This document shows, piece after piece, positions 41,301-53,300 of a stretch of DNA of 64,000 nt. Origin of the DNA: Camelus dromedarius (taxonomy: Eukaryota); assembly GCF_036321535.1 (NCBI RefSeq), contig NC_087437.1, positions 58,344,001-58,408,000 of the forward strand. The letters are read 5' to 3'. The notes below the pieces were generated by a model. That model was given only the letters and a program-made list of their open reading frames with translations, searched no databases and was not told the origin of the DNA. Within the stretch, counting starts at the first letter, position 1; each line of letters opens with the position of its first letter. Both the position numbers and the translations under genes were made by a program.

Positions 41301-44300
41301 GATGCATCACCCCAAGGACCAAATATACGAAGACACTGGAATTCTACTTGGAAGTAGCTGGTGACGTAAGTAAAAAACCAACTTTTTAAAATGCCAATAG
41401 TTTCAAAAATAACCAGACCATACAAACTATTAATTATATTGCTTACTAAATAGATGTGTGATTGCCTCCCAGATTCAACCATGCTGTACAGTTTCTTGGG
41501 CTGAAAATATGGCTTTACTATACTTGGCCCAGCCCACATCACCTCTCATCGCTCTAGCCATTATATTCAGAAATCTGTAGGCAAAGCCCGGTTCTCTCAC
41601 TGACGTTGGGTTACATCTATGTTGAGAGCCGTGGACCCTGGCTGGCTGCAGCCTTGAAAAGTGCCAGAGCCTAAGACTTCCTGTTTCCCTCTCCTTGGTC
41701 CTTTCCGTCCACTCCATGCTCTGCCTCCAGCTGACTCCATCTCCCTTTCTAATGCTTATCTCACTACCCCCAATCCGCTTTCCAAAAGCCACCTCTAGTG
41801 GGGAGGGTATAGACCAGTGGTAGACAGCGTGCTTAGCATGCACAAGGTCCTGGGTTCAATCCCCAGTACCTCCATTAAAAATAATAAACAAACAAACAAA
41901 CAAACAAACAAACAAACAAACTTAATTGCCTCCCTCCACCCCCCTAACCCCCCTCCCAAACAAACAAACAAACAAAAAGACCGAGTTGCAGTCACTCTAC
42001 CTTGTTTTAACTTTCAGTCTATAAAAATATTTTAATAGAAAAGCTACAGCTTCAGTTAAAGGCCACCAGCAACTTCATCAGTGAGGTATCATTACTCTAT
42101 CAGAAATGAATGCCAAAGATGTGTCATTCAGCAGCTGGGTGCCCTATGCACTGCCTGGGTTCAGTAAAGACAGACCTCAGGACTGCCTACCCAGATGAAA
42201 TGATGGAAACTATTGATCCTCTAGATCAGGAGTCAGCAAACTACAGACCAAATCTAGCCCATTACTTGTTTTGGTAAATAAAGTTGTACTGGAACACAGT
42301 CATACCTATTTGTTTACTACTGAGGGCTGCTTTCAGGCTCCAGTGGCAAGGTTGAGCAGTTGAGACAGAGATGGTGTAGCCTTCAAAGCCTGAAATATTT
42401 ACTACCTGGCTCTTTGCATAAAAGTTTGCCATCTGGGCTTTATATACTGGATGACACAATGCCAACATTTGTATCTTTTGGCACGGTGATCATAAGTAAT
42501 GTTAATATATCTATAAAATCTTTACAGTTTATGTATGCCTACAAAAGTGTTAGAAAGGAGCACAGTATAATGAGAAGTGTAGTGGCTTAGCTAGCAAACC
42601 ACCTGAGTTCTAGCCTCTACTGCCAACCAGCTCCCTGACCTTGGGCATGTTATGTCTCTCTTCTGTGCCTCAATTTACCCATCCATAATAGGAGGAGGTT
42701 GTGAGTTTCTCTATGTCCCCCTTCAGTTCAGACTTTTTGAAATTCTAAATAATTTTAGGGGTGGGGATCTAATTTCAAGGAAGCTCTTGGCTCCCTAGTT
42801 CTTAAATACAGGAAAAAAAGAAATCGCTGAAAATGATATTAACATATGTCAAAGATCAGAAGTTAGGACAAGAAGAAGAGCTGGAAAGGCTACCAGAAGA
42901 ATAAGAGGTGGAAAATGACAGACTGAAAAGAAAAAAATTGCAGCCAAGTGTAGACCATCAATCTGGATGAAGTTAATGGGAGCTCCGAGGAAGATCAAAG
43001 TCAGGAAAAGAGGGGTACTTCTGAAGTTAAAAAAAGATTCCAAGTAGAGAGAGAAGTTAAAGCAATCATTTGCCAAATCTAGAATTCTGTGCACAAGTTG
43101 ATGGCTATCAGCAATTGTAAGGAGAATATAGATGAAAATCAGGAGGAAAAAGGCCAATTTTATCCAAATGAACTCATTTGAATGCAACAATATTCTTATA
43201 AATCTGAGCTGCAGCTTCGAGATTGCATATGTTTATAAGACTAAGAAATAATACAAATCAACTCAAAATCTGGCCCAGAAAGATGAAATTGCTGTGAAAA
43301 TGATCAATTACCTTGCTCTAACGGCATCTAATTTACTCTAATCACTTTTTTTCCCCTAAAAGAATTATCTTTTTTATATTCTCCTCCCATTGATCTGTCT
43401 GAGGCTCCCAAAGTGGTATGAGCCTCGCAGGGGGTGAAGGAGCACCCCTGTCTGCAGAATTATCCCAGTGTCCAGACCTGTCTCTTTGGTTCCCTCTGAA
43501 TGCTCCTCATTCTCACCCTCCCTGGTTCTCTGATCCCTGTGTTGTTTCCTGTTCTGGCTCCTGATGCCCCACTGTGGTTGGGCTTTTCTGGCTGGACCAT
43601 AGCCTGGAATGTACTCTCTGCTTCTCTGCTTTGAAATGATCACCTCTGCCTTTGCAGATCTACTGGGCCTACCTCCCACCTCCTGAGAAAACAACCACCT
43701 CCACATTCATTTGATTTAGGTTTGTTAGCTCTGTGTGTTTGAGCTTTTAAAATCCTGAAAGAGACAAGTGGCCGTTAGTACCTGTTTCGGGTCTGCAGAA
43801 CCTGGCCAACATCTCGGGGGCACCTTTCATGTAGACATGGAAGTGACTGTCCCCTGCCAGCTGAGCGACCACAGACATCCTCTGCAGGCTGGAGGAAAAT
43901 GGAAACTGACGCAAGACGGTGATGGCTTCCACGGGGCCCTGTGAGTACACCGAGACAGGGGAGCTTAAGATGCTGTTAAGTAGGATTCAGCAGATGCACA
44001 CAACAAATAAGCTTGACTCTGCACTGAGCCCAGGGACACCATGAAGTGGTATATTGTCACAGCATTGATATTTTTCTGGCTGTGTTTAAGGCGATTCCCT
44101 CATCAAGCTGTCTGGTCTGAAAGACCCTTCCCCTTGGCTGTCTGGAGAAACCCCAATCATCTTCCAGACCAAGCTCACAGGGCACCTCCTCTGGTACTTC
44201 TCTCCCAGAAACAGAGTTCACTCCCACCTCTGGACTCCTGCTGTTCTTTCTTCAGCCTTTGTTATAGCACTTGGCACGTCGTATTGCATTTACTTGCACC

Positions 44301-47300
44301 TCTACTAATTTTTCCATCAGCCCACGTTTTCCTCCAACAGAGCCCAACGTGTCTCGTTTTGAAATCACTTTATCCCTGAGCACCTAGCACAGTGCTCGAG
44401 CATACACAAGTACCCTGTGAATGTTTGTTGAGTCAATTAATGGATAAATCCAGGAATCAAGGAATGAGCAAACCAACTATGGACACCATTAGGATAAGCC
44501 AAAATAGCAGGAATATAAAAATACATAAAAGTCAGGGGCATTTCACCCGTTTTAAGGGGAAATATTTATATAATTTGAAGAAGCAAATCATACCCGACTG
44601 GCTTTTGGTCCTGGTTTTATTATTATGTTTGTATCTGACGTCCCAAATTCGCAGTAGTCCACATTGCAATCTTCCATTACCTGTTTTAAAAGGAAAACAT
44701 TCATAGCATCACTTCGAGAAAAATACTAAGAAAGAACTACCTCTGATTGGCATGACACTTTAATCTTTTCAGAGCCCTTTTCACATATTTTCTCTTCTAG
44801 GCCAATTATCTTAATACCATCCTTGTCCAATTTCTGTTGTGTTGGTTCATATTACGGACCTTATTGTAAAATGTCAAGAAGCCAGAATTATTGTGACCAC
44901 ATTTTAAGTAGTAATTGCTGAAAGAAATGCTAATGACAGCCCACTGGCTCTTCCTAAAAGGCATGTCTAGTAAATGGACGAGGGTTGAAGTGGAATCTAC
45001 CCTCCAGTGTACCTGAGGGCATGAGCTCTCAGATGACTGAGAACTGAGTCTTGAGATGAGCACAGAACTATTTCTTATGCTCTGTCTATGCTCCTAGCCT
45101 AATTGGCTAACTAGAGAGTTACAAGTTAGCTGTTAGCCGATTAGAAAGCGTATTTGACAATAGTTTGTATTCTTTGGATGTTACAACAGTATAAGTTATA
45201 CCACCTGAGAAACCAATATTAAGCTAAAATATGGGAAAAGCAGTCAGATATGTAAACAGTAGAAGTCAGAAAATAGGAGACAACATCTGGTCTCTGCTCA
45301 ATCATTTTACTTGTCCAGCCTTGGGGACATCGTATCATTTCTCGAGATCTCGCTTTCTTCTGAAAAATATTCTGACCTCCCTGCTAGTAAACATTCTTAG
45401 AGTCTATAAGGACATTTTTCCTCCCCTTTATGTTTAGTGAAAAGCTCCTAACTACCAAAGATATTTAACTGGAGACTTTCTCATCCAGCTTTAAAGTCAG
45501 TGAACAATCTCACACTTTTATGCTTTGTTTGGAGTGGATACAACTGTTCTCACAGAGCTAATACTATCGATATTATAGTATTATGCATGAGACCCCAACC
45601 TGTACGCCATTTGTACAGATAGATCAAGCCTCCTCCAATGGAGAAGGGGGCACTGTTGGAACCAGGATCAAAGTCACATACAGCAGTAATGACCATGTGC
45701 AGCTCACCACGGCGTCAGCACCAATGATGCTGGTGAGGACGTTGCTTATAATCATTACACTGATGCCTCTCCACTACGATCCAAGAAAGTAATTTCTGTT
45801 TTGTCTTTATATCAAACACTTCTCCACAGCAAAGTCTTTAATTTTAACTTACTGATATCAGAAATTTCCCCATTTACCAGGTTTCTCCTATTATTACCTT
45901 AGCCTCTAGAAAGCTACAGTTTTTGTACAATAAATCTTTCAATTAGCCTTTTTGTGTTCTTCACATCCCTACAATCATTTGTTTTCATTCCTCTACAACT
46001 TTGTTGAAATGCTGTCCTATACTTGAAGTGTCATTGTAAGTAGCTTTAGAGCGTGTTTATTTTTTTTTTTTGAGGACAGAACAATGTAATTAATTAACTA
46101 ACTAATGAATGAATGAATACCCTCCATTGTTTGGGCACTTTCCAATGCACGCAGCCTCTTCGGTTCACACTCTCAATGCTCCATAAATGAGGCGTTATTA
46201 GCAAAATGCACAGATGAGGTAATGACTCAGAGTCTTCATTCTGGATTTGGAGTCACGCAGCTGGAGAGTAGTGGAGTCGAGAGGTTTTCCCACTGCGTCA
46301 CGACAGCCACCAAAATGGGCTTATACCCTTCAAACATCATTCACACTCAGCTCAGGACACTGAACCTGCTGGATTGAGGGACCTCCATTTCGGTGTCGAG
46401 ACCTTTCCTGTCTATCACAGCCGCTACGAGCCACTTGTGGCTATTTAAATTTAAATTACAATTAATTAAATAATAACATCTAAAATTCAGTTCCTCAGTT
46501 GCATACCCACATTTCATGTGTTCTGTAGCCACACGTGGCTAGTGGCTACTGTATTGATCAGTACTGCTTTAGACCAGGATGTCTCTGAGAGTGTTTTGTA
46601 CCATGTTTTGGCCTGTCAAGGTTTTTGTGGTGAAACAGGTTTAGCAAATGCTGCGTATCATAGCCCCTGGTGAATGTTCACAATGCACCGCAGTAGATTA
46701 ACGAAATCCCCATAGTCAAGAAATCAACTTAACCTTGTTTAAACAGTGGTTCCCAAATTTATTTGACCATGGAAACTTATTTCATGTTGGTCTCATTAAC
46801 AAAGTCTTGGTGCAGAGGTTGGGAAATTCAGGTAGGACCAGACCTTCATTTGTATATTGCTGTGAATCTGAGTGTCAACCGAAGTTAGGAAATAAACTCT
46901 CAGTATTTCTTTAAGTTTTCCTCATTCAGTTGAACTGAGAAACTGTCACCTTACCCAGGCAGTGCCCTCAAACATCTTGAGGTCCAGTGGGTCTCCCTGG
47001 ATGGTCCCGTCCAGGAGGATCAGGGAGTGGCAGCTGGCCATGGCTGCACACAGAGGGCCCCACGGCAAAGCCCTGCCCGAGGTAAAGCTGTGGACTTCCT
47101 GGAAACTGGTAGGGAAGGTAATCAGTAAGTTAAGATCTTCAACAAACTCATTTTGCACACCTTTCCCCTTAAATCTTACTGACACAAGCTTAACCTAACC
47201 GCTGTGCTCAAAACCTTTCACCGTTCCCCATGCCCTGTATGATAAAGTCTGAGTACTTGGGTACAGTCACAGGGACTTTTGCCAGGTTACCGGCAGTCAG

Positions 47301-50300
47301 CCCGGGGGTGGCAGTCGTGAGGGAAGGCGCATTGTGGGAAGGCTCACAGCTGACACCTGCAAACTGCAGAGCTGCTTCTAGAAAGCCACACAACCCAGGC
47401 CAAGTGTCTCCAGGTGAATGGGGTAACCAGGATGGGAAGGAAGCCTACTTGCTGGTTCCTTTCTCCTTCAAGCAGAGCACGCGTGGACTCTGAAATGGTT
47501 CTCACTACTCGGCCCTTTGGCCTTTGTGCCTATTGCCTGAAACTCCCAGCATGGATATCCAGCAACTAAAACTCACTGCTCTCTTTGACTGTAGACTGGC
47601 TTGGCTTGACTTCTATCCTCCCATCTTAAAGCTGAATAATAACTATGTCTAGCTGTTTCTACTTCCCCCAAACTTTCAGAGTACTAGGGGCAAGGGAGGG
47701 AGAGAAGGGGTGGAAATTGCAAACCTCTCTTTCCCCTTTCAATGCTCTGGCCACTGGCCGCCCTGGACAAAGGCCTGAGCTGGGCATTGGAGCAGCCTGG
47801 AGCAGTGGCACATGGACAGGGCTAGAGCCCAGGCAGTGTATCGACCCCCGGCCCAGGTGTCTTCTGCTCCGTCTCACTGCCTGACTGCTGTTCCCTTGTG
47901 CCAGTGCTGCACCCGGCCCCGTCACCATCCTGGGAGGCCCCTGCATGACCCCTTCAATGACAGCAGCCTCGGCCACTGTCTGGAGCCCAGGCGGGCTACC
48001 CAGAACTTAAGAGCAGAGGCTTCTCCACTTGGACTGAGAAGACAGGTCCCGGCCCCGCAGAGAAGAGAGTTCAGGGGTCCTCTCTGCAGACAAGCCCTCC
48101 CTCCCGTCTCTAGCTCTGTTCTGGGGGAGCACCTATGTGATTGCCCTCTCCCCTCCCTAGTGCCAACTTTTAAACCAAATTAGTAAAAATTCTAGCCTTA
48201 TCCCCTTCAGAACCTCTCAAGTGCTCTCTCCTTCAGATTGGTTTTCCTGGATCCATTCATTTTCAAAATTAGTCTCTACCTTTTATCCACTATGTTATAA
48301 AAATCAGGACTGCGTTTTCTATCACATAGGACTTTTCATATCAAACTCAGGACTTGTTTTAGATGAAGCGATCATTATAATGTCTTCTCCTCTATTCTGA
48401 TTTCCATGCCATAACTGCAAACTTTTCCTCTGTACGTTGAAGGTGAGTGCATCTGCACCTCCAATCCCACTAGACTGTGAACCCCACGAGGGGGGAGATG
48501 GACTTCTTCCTCTCTGGATCTCCCACCTCACAAGACACCCAGGAAGTCTGTGCAGTTTTGAATTAAGCACAGTCTTGATTTCACTCTTTGCTTCTCTGTT
48601 TTATTCATTCAACTCCCTAATCATCCACTGTATTCAATTCCATTTTTCATGTGAAGTTTGAAGACCTACTTTCCCTGTTTGATTCTGAACTTAGAACTCA
48701 TTTAATTTCACAAGTTAGACTAATGGGGAGCTGGTACCAGCCAATTATTATATATATTTTATGTGAGATTCATCCCTCAACACTGGAAGGGTGGGTTAGA
48801 ATGTCACCAAAATAGCCCCACCAATCACACATTTCCATCTTCACTGAAGTGCCTACCAGTTGTTAGCAGTAGGGACAGTCCCCCAGAGGTCCAGTCCATC
48901 TTCCGTAAGAGTACCAGTCTGGAAAAAATTAACATTGGTTTTAGCATAAGATTCAGAGCTTTTAATTATATGATGATTTACACAAAACCCCAGCTCCCAA
49001 CAAATTAAAGTACATCTAATTGTCCCAAACCCTTATTTTTTTTACATCAAATGTTTATTTTATTTTTTCTATTTTATTTTTATTGAAGCATAATTAATAT
49101 ACAATATCATGAAATTACAGGTGCACAATATAATGATTCAGCATTTTTAGAGGTAATGCTCCCTTTGTAGATAAAATATTAACTTATTAAATATTTGTAA
49201 GCGTCTAATTTTGAATCAGAGAAGAGAGCCTGAAAGAGAGATTGAGGAGGTGACAAATGATTCCCAAAGGACCATGTTGAAAATCAGGTGAGTCAAGCTC
49301 TCAATTATTACAAAATGTAGGGTTTTTTTTTTTTTATTTTTTTTATTGTTGTGACTGTTGCTGTTGCTAAATGAGAAAGTTTCAGTGAATAGAAAGCCAA
49401 CAAGAACCAGCTCGAGTTTGACTTTTCAGTTGGCACCTGCTGTCTGTCTAAAGCCGAGCTGGAAATTTCTTTGTCTTTCTTTTCAAGACTATTTCATTCA
49501 CAGTCTGCCAGCTGGTTCACACCTATTTCCTACAAATATGGGTGACATGGTGACTGTCCAGATTGATAACAAAAACAAAATGTTGATAAAGGGCTTTGAG
49601 ACTCTAGAGAGAAATGAAGTGCTAACATAACTATTAATTAACGCCCATGGGTGAGTTTACTGTTAGATCAAGAGGAAAATGGTTGGGAGATCTGATTTGC
49701 TGTATTATGGGCAAGTATTTGTCAGATAGTGTAACAGAGAAAGCAAAATGGAATTGAGGACTAACCTAGCACCTTCCGTCTGCTCATTGCCTCACAGTCG
49801 ATCACTAATTACAGACCCCGGTGTCTGTAGGCAGTAGGCTAATAGCATTAGGCCTGCTTAACACCCAGCTCCAGAGTAAGGAGGTAGCCCAGCTGCCCCA
49901 GCACCATCAAGGCAGAGCAGAGCATCTCCATGCACGAGGGAACATCCTTTTAACACTGACATCCAGGTCTGTGACACTATTTTTCTTTAAAGTCATCTCT
50001 GTGTAAGACACTGAAATTTCCAGTTTTCTATCAAATGGTATCTCCTACCATGACAGCACATCACATTAGCATAATGCTTGCGGTGAAGTGCTCACAACGC
50101 TCTCGCTCTTACAGCTGAGTAATTAGGATAGAGATATCCTCAGATTAGAGGTGAAATGAGAGTCCTTGGGGTCCAGGGGCCTGCAGGTTGGAGAGGAAGA
50201 ACCAGAATCCAGCCTGTCTGGAGCTGTCCTCCAGATGGCAAATGTTATATAAATTCTGCAAAGCATATTGAAAGACAAAGCCCCCAGTGGGCTTCTGGAT

Positions 50301-53300
50301 TAAGGAAGTAAGGAATCTTGCTTTCTTAATTCATTCGGCCTTCATGGGGAGCTAACATGCTTTGTGTGAGTTATTCCTTGAAGAATAACAACAGGAAAAA
50401 AAAACCAAACAAACAACAAACAAAAAAGACTATCTGCTTCATTTCCCTTCTGTATTTTATAAGGGCCCTCATCTGTGTGTTTAGATTCTAAATGCTCTTG
50501 AATTGTTCCACTTCAAAAACAGTTAGCAACTTAATCCAAACTGGAATGTTTTCCTGATGATCAGATTACACTTTTAAACATCAGTATCTTGAACATGAAA
50601 ACAGAGATGATACTGCAGCAAAACAGATATAGGACCATGTTATTTCTTTACATGAAAATGACCCTGATATAGTAAAACTAGCCATAATGGGAGAAAAAAA
50701 ACCCCTAAATTATAGTTGCTGTTCTAAATGGAATAAGACAGAAAAAGAACACTTCTTAGCATACATACTAGCCCAGTCTTGGGCTGAACTGAATAAAAAA
50801 GAAAGAGAAAACTTGTTTTAGTGAACTTATAACAAACCAATGTAAACTAGAAATAGATGGGAACAAATGTATTCAAAAAGTCTGTGGTGAGTATCTTCTA
50901 AATTGAAATAATACTAGATGGAAATTCAATTAGTTGTAGAGTGCTTGATTCCAACATTGTATTGGTAGTTTTATAATATGAAAGACAGAAAAAAAACTTA
51001 GAGGTGATTGTAGTTCAACCTTCTTAGCTTCAAAAGTCACACAGAAACTTAGTGTCAAATTCAGGATTAGATGTCTCATTTTCCTGATTCCCAATCAAGA
51101 GATCTTTGCACAATCAAAACTACAATGAGGTCTCACCTCACATCAGTCAGAATGGTCATCATTAAAAAGTCTGCAAATGATAAATGCTGGAGACTGTGTG
51201 GAGAAAATGGGACCCTTCTACACTGTTTGTGAGAATGTAATTTGGTGCAGCCACTATGGAAAACAGTATAGAGATTCCTTGAAAAATTAAAAATGGTCTT
51301 ACCATATGACCCAGCAATCCCACTCCTAGGTGGATAATAATCTGGATGGAGCTCTAATTCAAAAAGATACATGCACCCTAAGGTTCATAGCAGCACTATT
51401 TACAATAGCCAAGACATGGAAGCAATCTAAATGTCTATCAACAGATGACTGGATAAAGAAGTTGTGGTATACACGTACAATGGAATATTACTCGGCCATA
51501 AAAAAGAATGAAAAATGCCATTTACAGCAACATGGATGGACCTAGAGATTATCATACTAAGTGAAGTAAGCCAGAAAGAGAAAGAAAAATACCATATGAT
51601 ATCACTTATATGTGAAATCTTAAAAAATGACACAAATGAACATATTTACAAAACAGAAATAGACTCACAGACATAGAAAACAAACTTACGGTTACCCAGA
51701 GGAAAAGGGAGGGAGATAAATTGGAAGCTTGGGATTTGAAGATATTAACTACTATACAGAAAACAGAGAAACAACAAGGTCCTACTGTACAGCACAAGGA
51801 ACTATGTTCAATATCTTGTAGTAACCTATAATGAAAAAGAGTGTATATATATATATATATGTCTGTGTATAACTGAATCACTATGATGTACACCAGAGAC
51901 TAACACAATATTTTAATTTGACTATACTTCAATTTAAAAAAATGTTCTTTGCACAATAATATGCCATCAGGCTTTATAGCATTCGGCCAAGCCTGCTGAT
52001 GTGCAGTCCCTGACACAGTCGAACAAAGGAGCACATGAGGATGTGGAGAGAAAGCTTTATACAGGAAGTAAGATGAACACTTCCAGAAAAATTAGTTTTA
52101 GAAACAGATGCATATGTAATGAACATATTTTATAAATCTCCCTCTGGTATCCTAGACACTGGTGAGGCTGCTGGGTAAGTGATGGGAATCCCTATTAGGG
52201 GCTGATCTCTGGCCCTGCATCTAAAAGGAGGCTACTTTTAAGTTAACTCTGATGGTTTCTTTGCCAAAGGAAACTGAACAAGAACTGAAGTGATGTAGAG
52301 CTATGCCCCTTCCACCTGGGGACCAAGACATGTCATGTCTGCTCATGGTGTCTCTCCAGCATGTCCTGGGCTCTCCATCCCTGCCCTCCTTGTGTAGGAA
52401 AATGAGCCATTTCTTCTGTTGTCCCCAGGTGGCCTCCTGACTTAGTGAGACAGGAGGGAAGGGGCCAGGGCACAACCACTGAAGGAATGGCACAGTGATT
52501 GAGGACAAACTGGTTAGAACCAAGATGGTGGAAGATTTGGCTTCCAGTAGACCTTGAGCCTCATGGCACACTCACAGACGCCATGACAGTTCCTTGGCTG
52601 ACCATAAAAGGTCCAAAAGTGGGTGGGGGCCCAATTCCTGGAAATCCCCCCCCCCAAATTGTTGGAATAATTCTCCTACTCATTAGCATATGAAATTAGC
52701 AAGCCCATAAAAACTAACAACCCCATACCTGGCGGTTGCTCTCTCTCTTGCCTTCTGAGATGGCCCACACTCTGTCTATGGAGTACTTATCTCCCTGACT
52801 TTTCTTTACTATGCTTTGTTCTTGAATTCTTTCTTGTACGAGGCAAGAACCCATTTTCTGGCAGCATTAGTCCTAGCTCTCTCTCATCCCTTCTCACAAG
52901 TTTCGCAAATGGAATAAATAAAACAAACCAAGAGAGATGCCACTGATCTTAAAAAATCAAAAGGGCTCCCATTCTCCACCCCTTAGCTTGGCACATCAGA
53001 CCCGCAGCAGTTGACTCCTCCCAAACAGCTGCATCCCTTCCAAGCAGCTGCATTCTCACTATCCATGGTCCCAGTCACCACATGCTGCAGCCCTCACTTC
53101 CCTGTTTTCTGAGCTGCTCGCCGCTGAGGCTGGGCCCATTCTGTCTGACAATCAAAGCCACAGCTCAAAGGGGACATCCCACCTGTGGCAGGTAACTGCA
53201 CCCAACATTTGGCTCATCTCTTTCAGTACGCATCTCTCTGCGTTTTCTTTGTCTACACTTCCCTTCTGGCTGCTTCTTCAGCTAGACCATGAGCTTCTCA

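Noticed and set aside
41800..41875. tRNA-like sequence (A-box/B-box), also at 8439, 22983 and 61902
   Set aside because: These are SINE heads with A-rich tails (some with TSDs) and diverged stems, not tRNA genes.
47740..48120. GC-rich stretch with overlapping 80-120 aa ORFs on both strands
   Set aside because: Stop-poor because of GC content; CpG density is modest, with no exon-like splice context or recognisable protein.
50225..50245. CTCF-like motif CCTCCAGATGGCAA (similar partial matches near 9990 and 27801)
   Set aside because: Partial matches of this quality are expected by chance in 64 kb; no supporting context.
51133..51893. Several overlapping ORFs with protein-like look
   Set aside because: They derive from the truncated L1 ORF2/3'UTR and its antisense strand; no independent gene.
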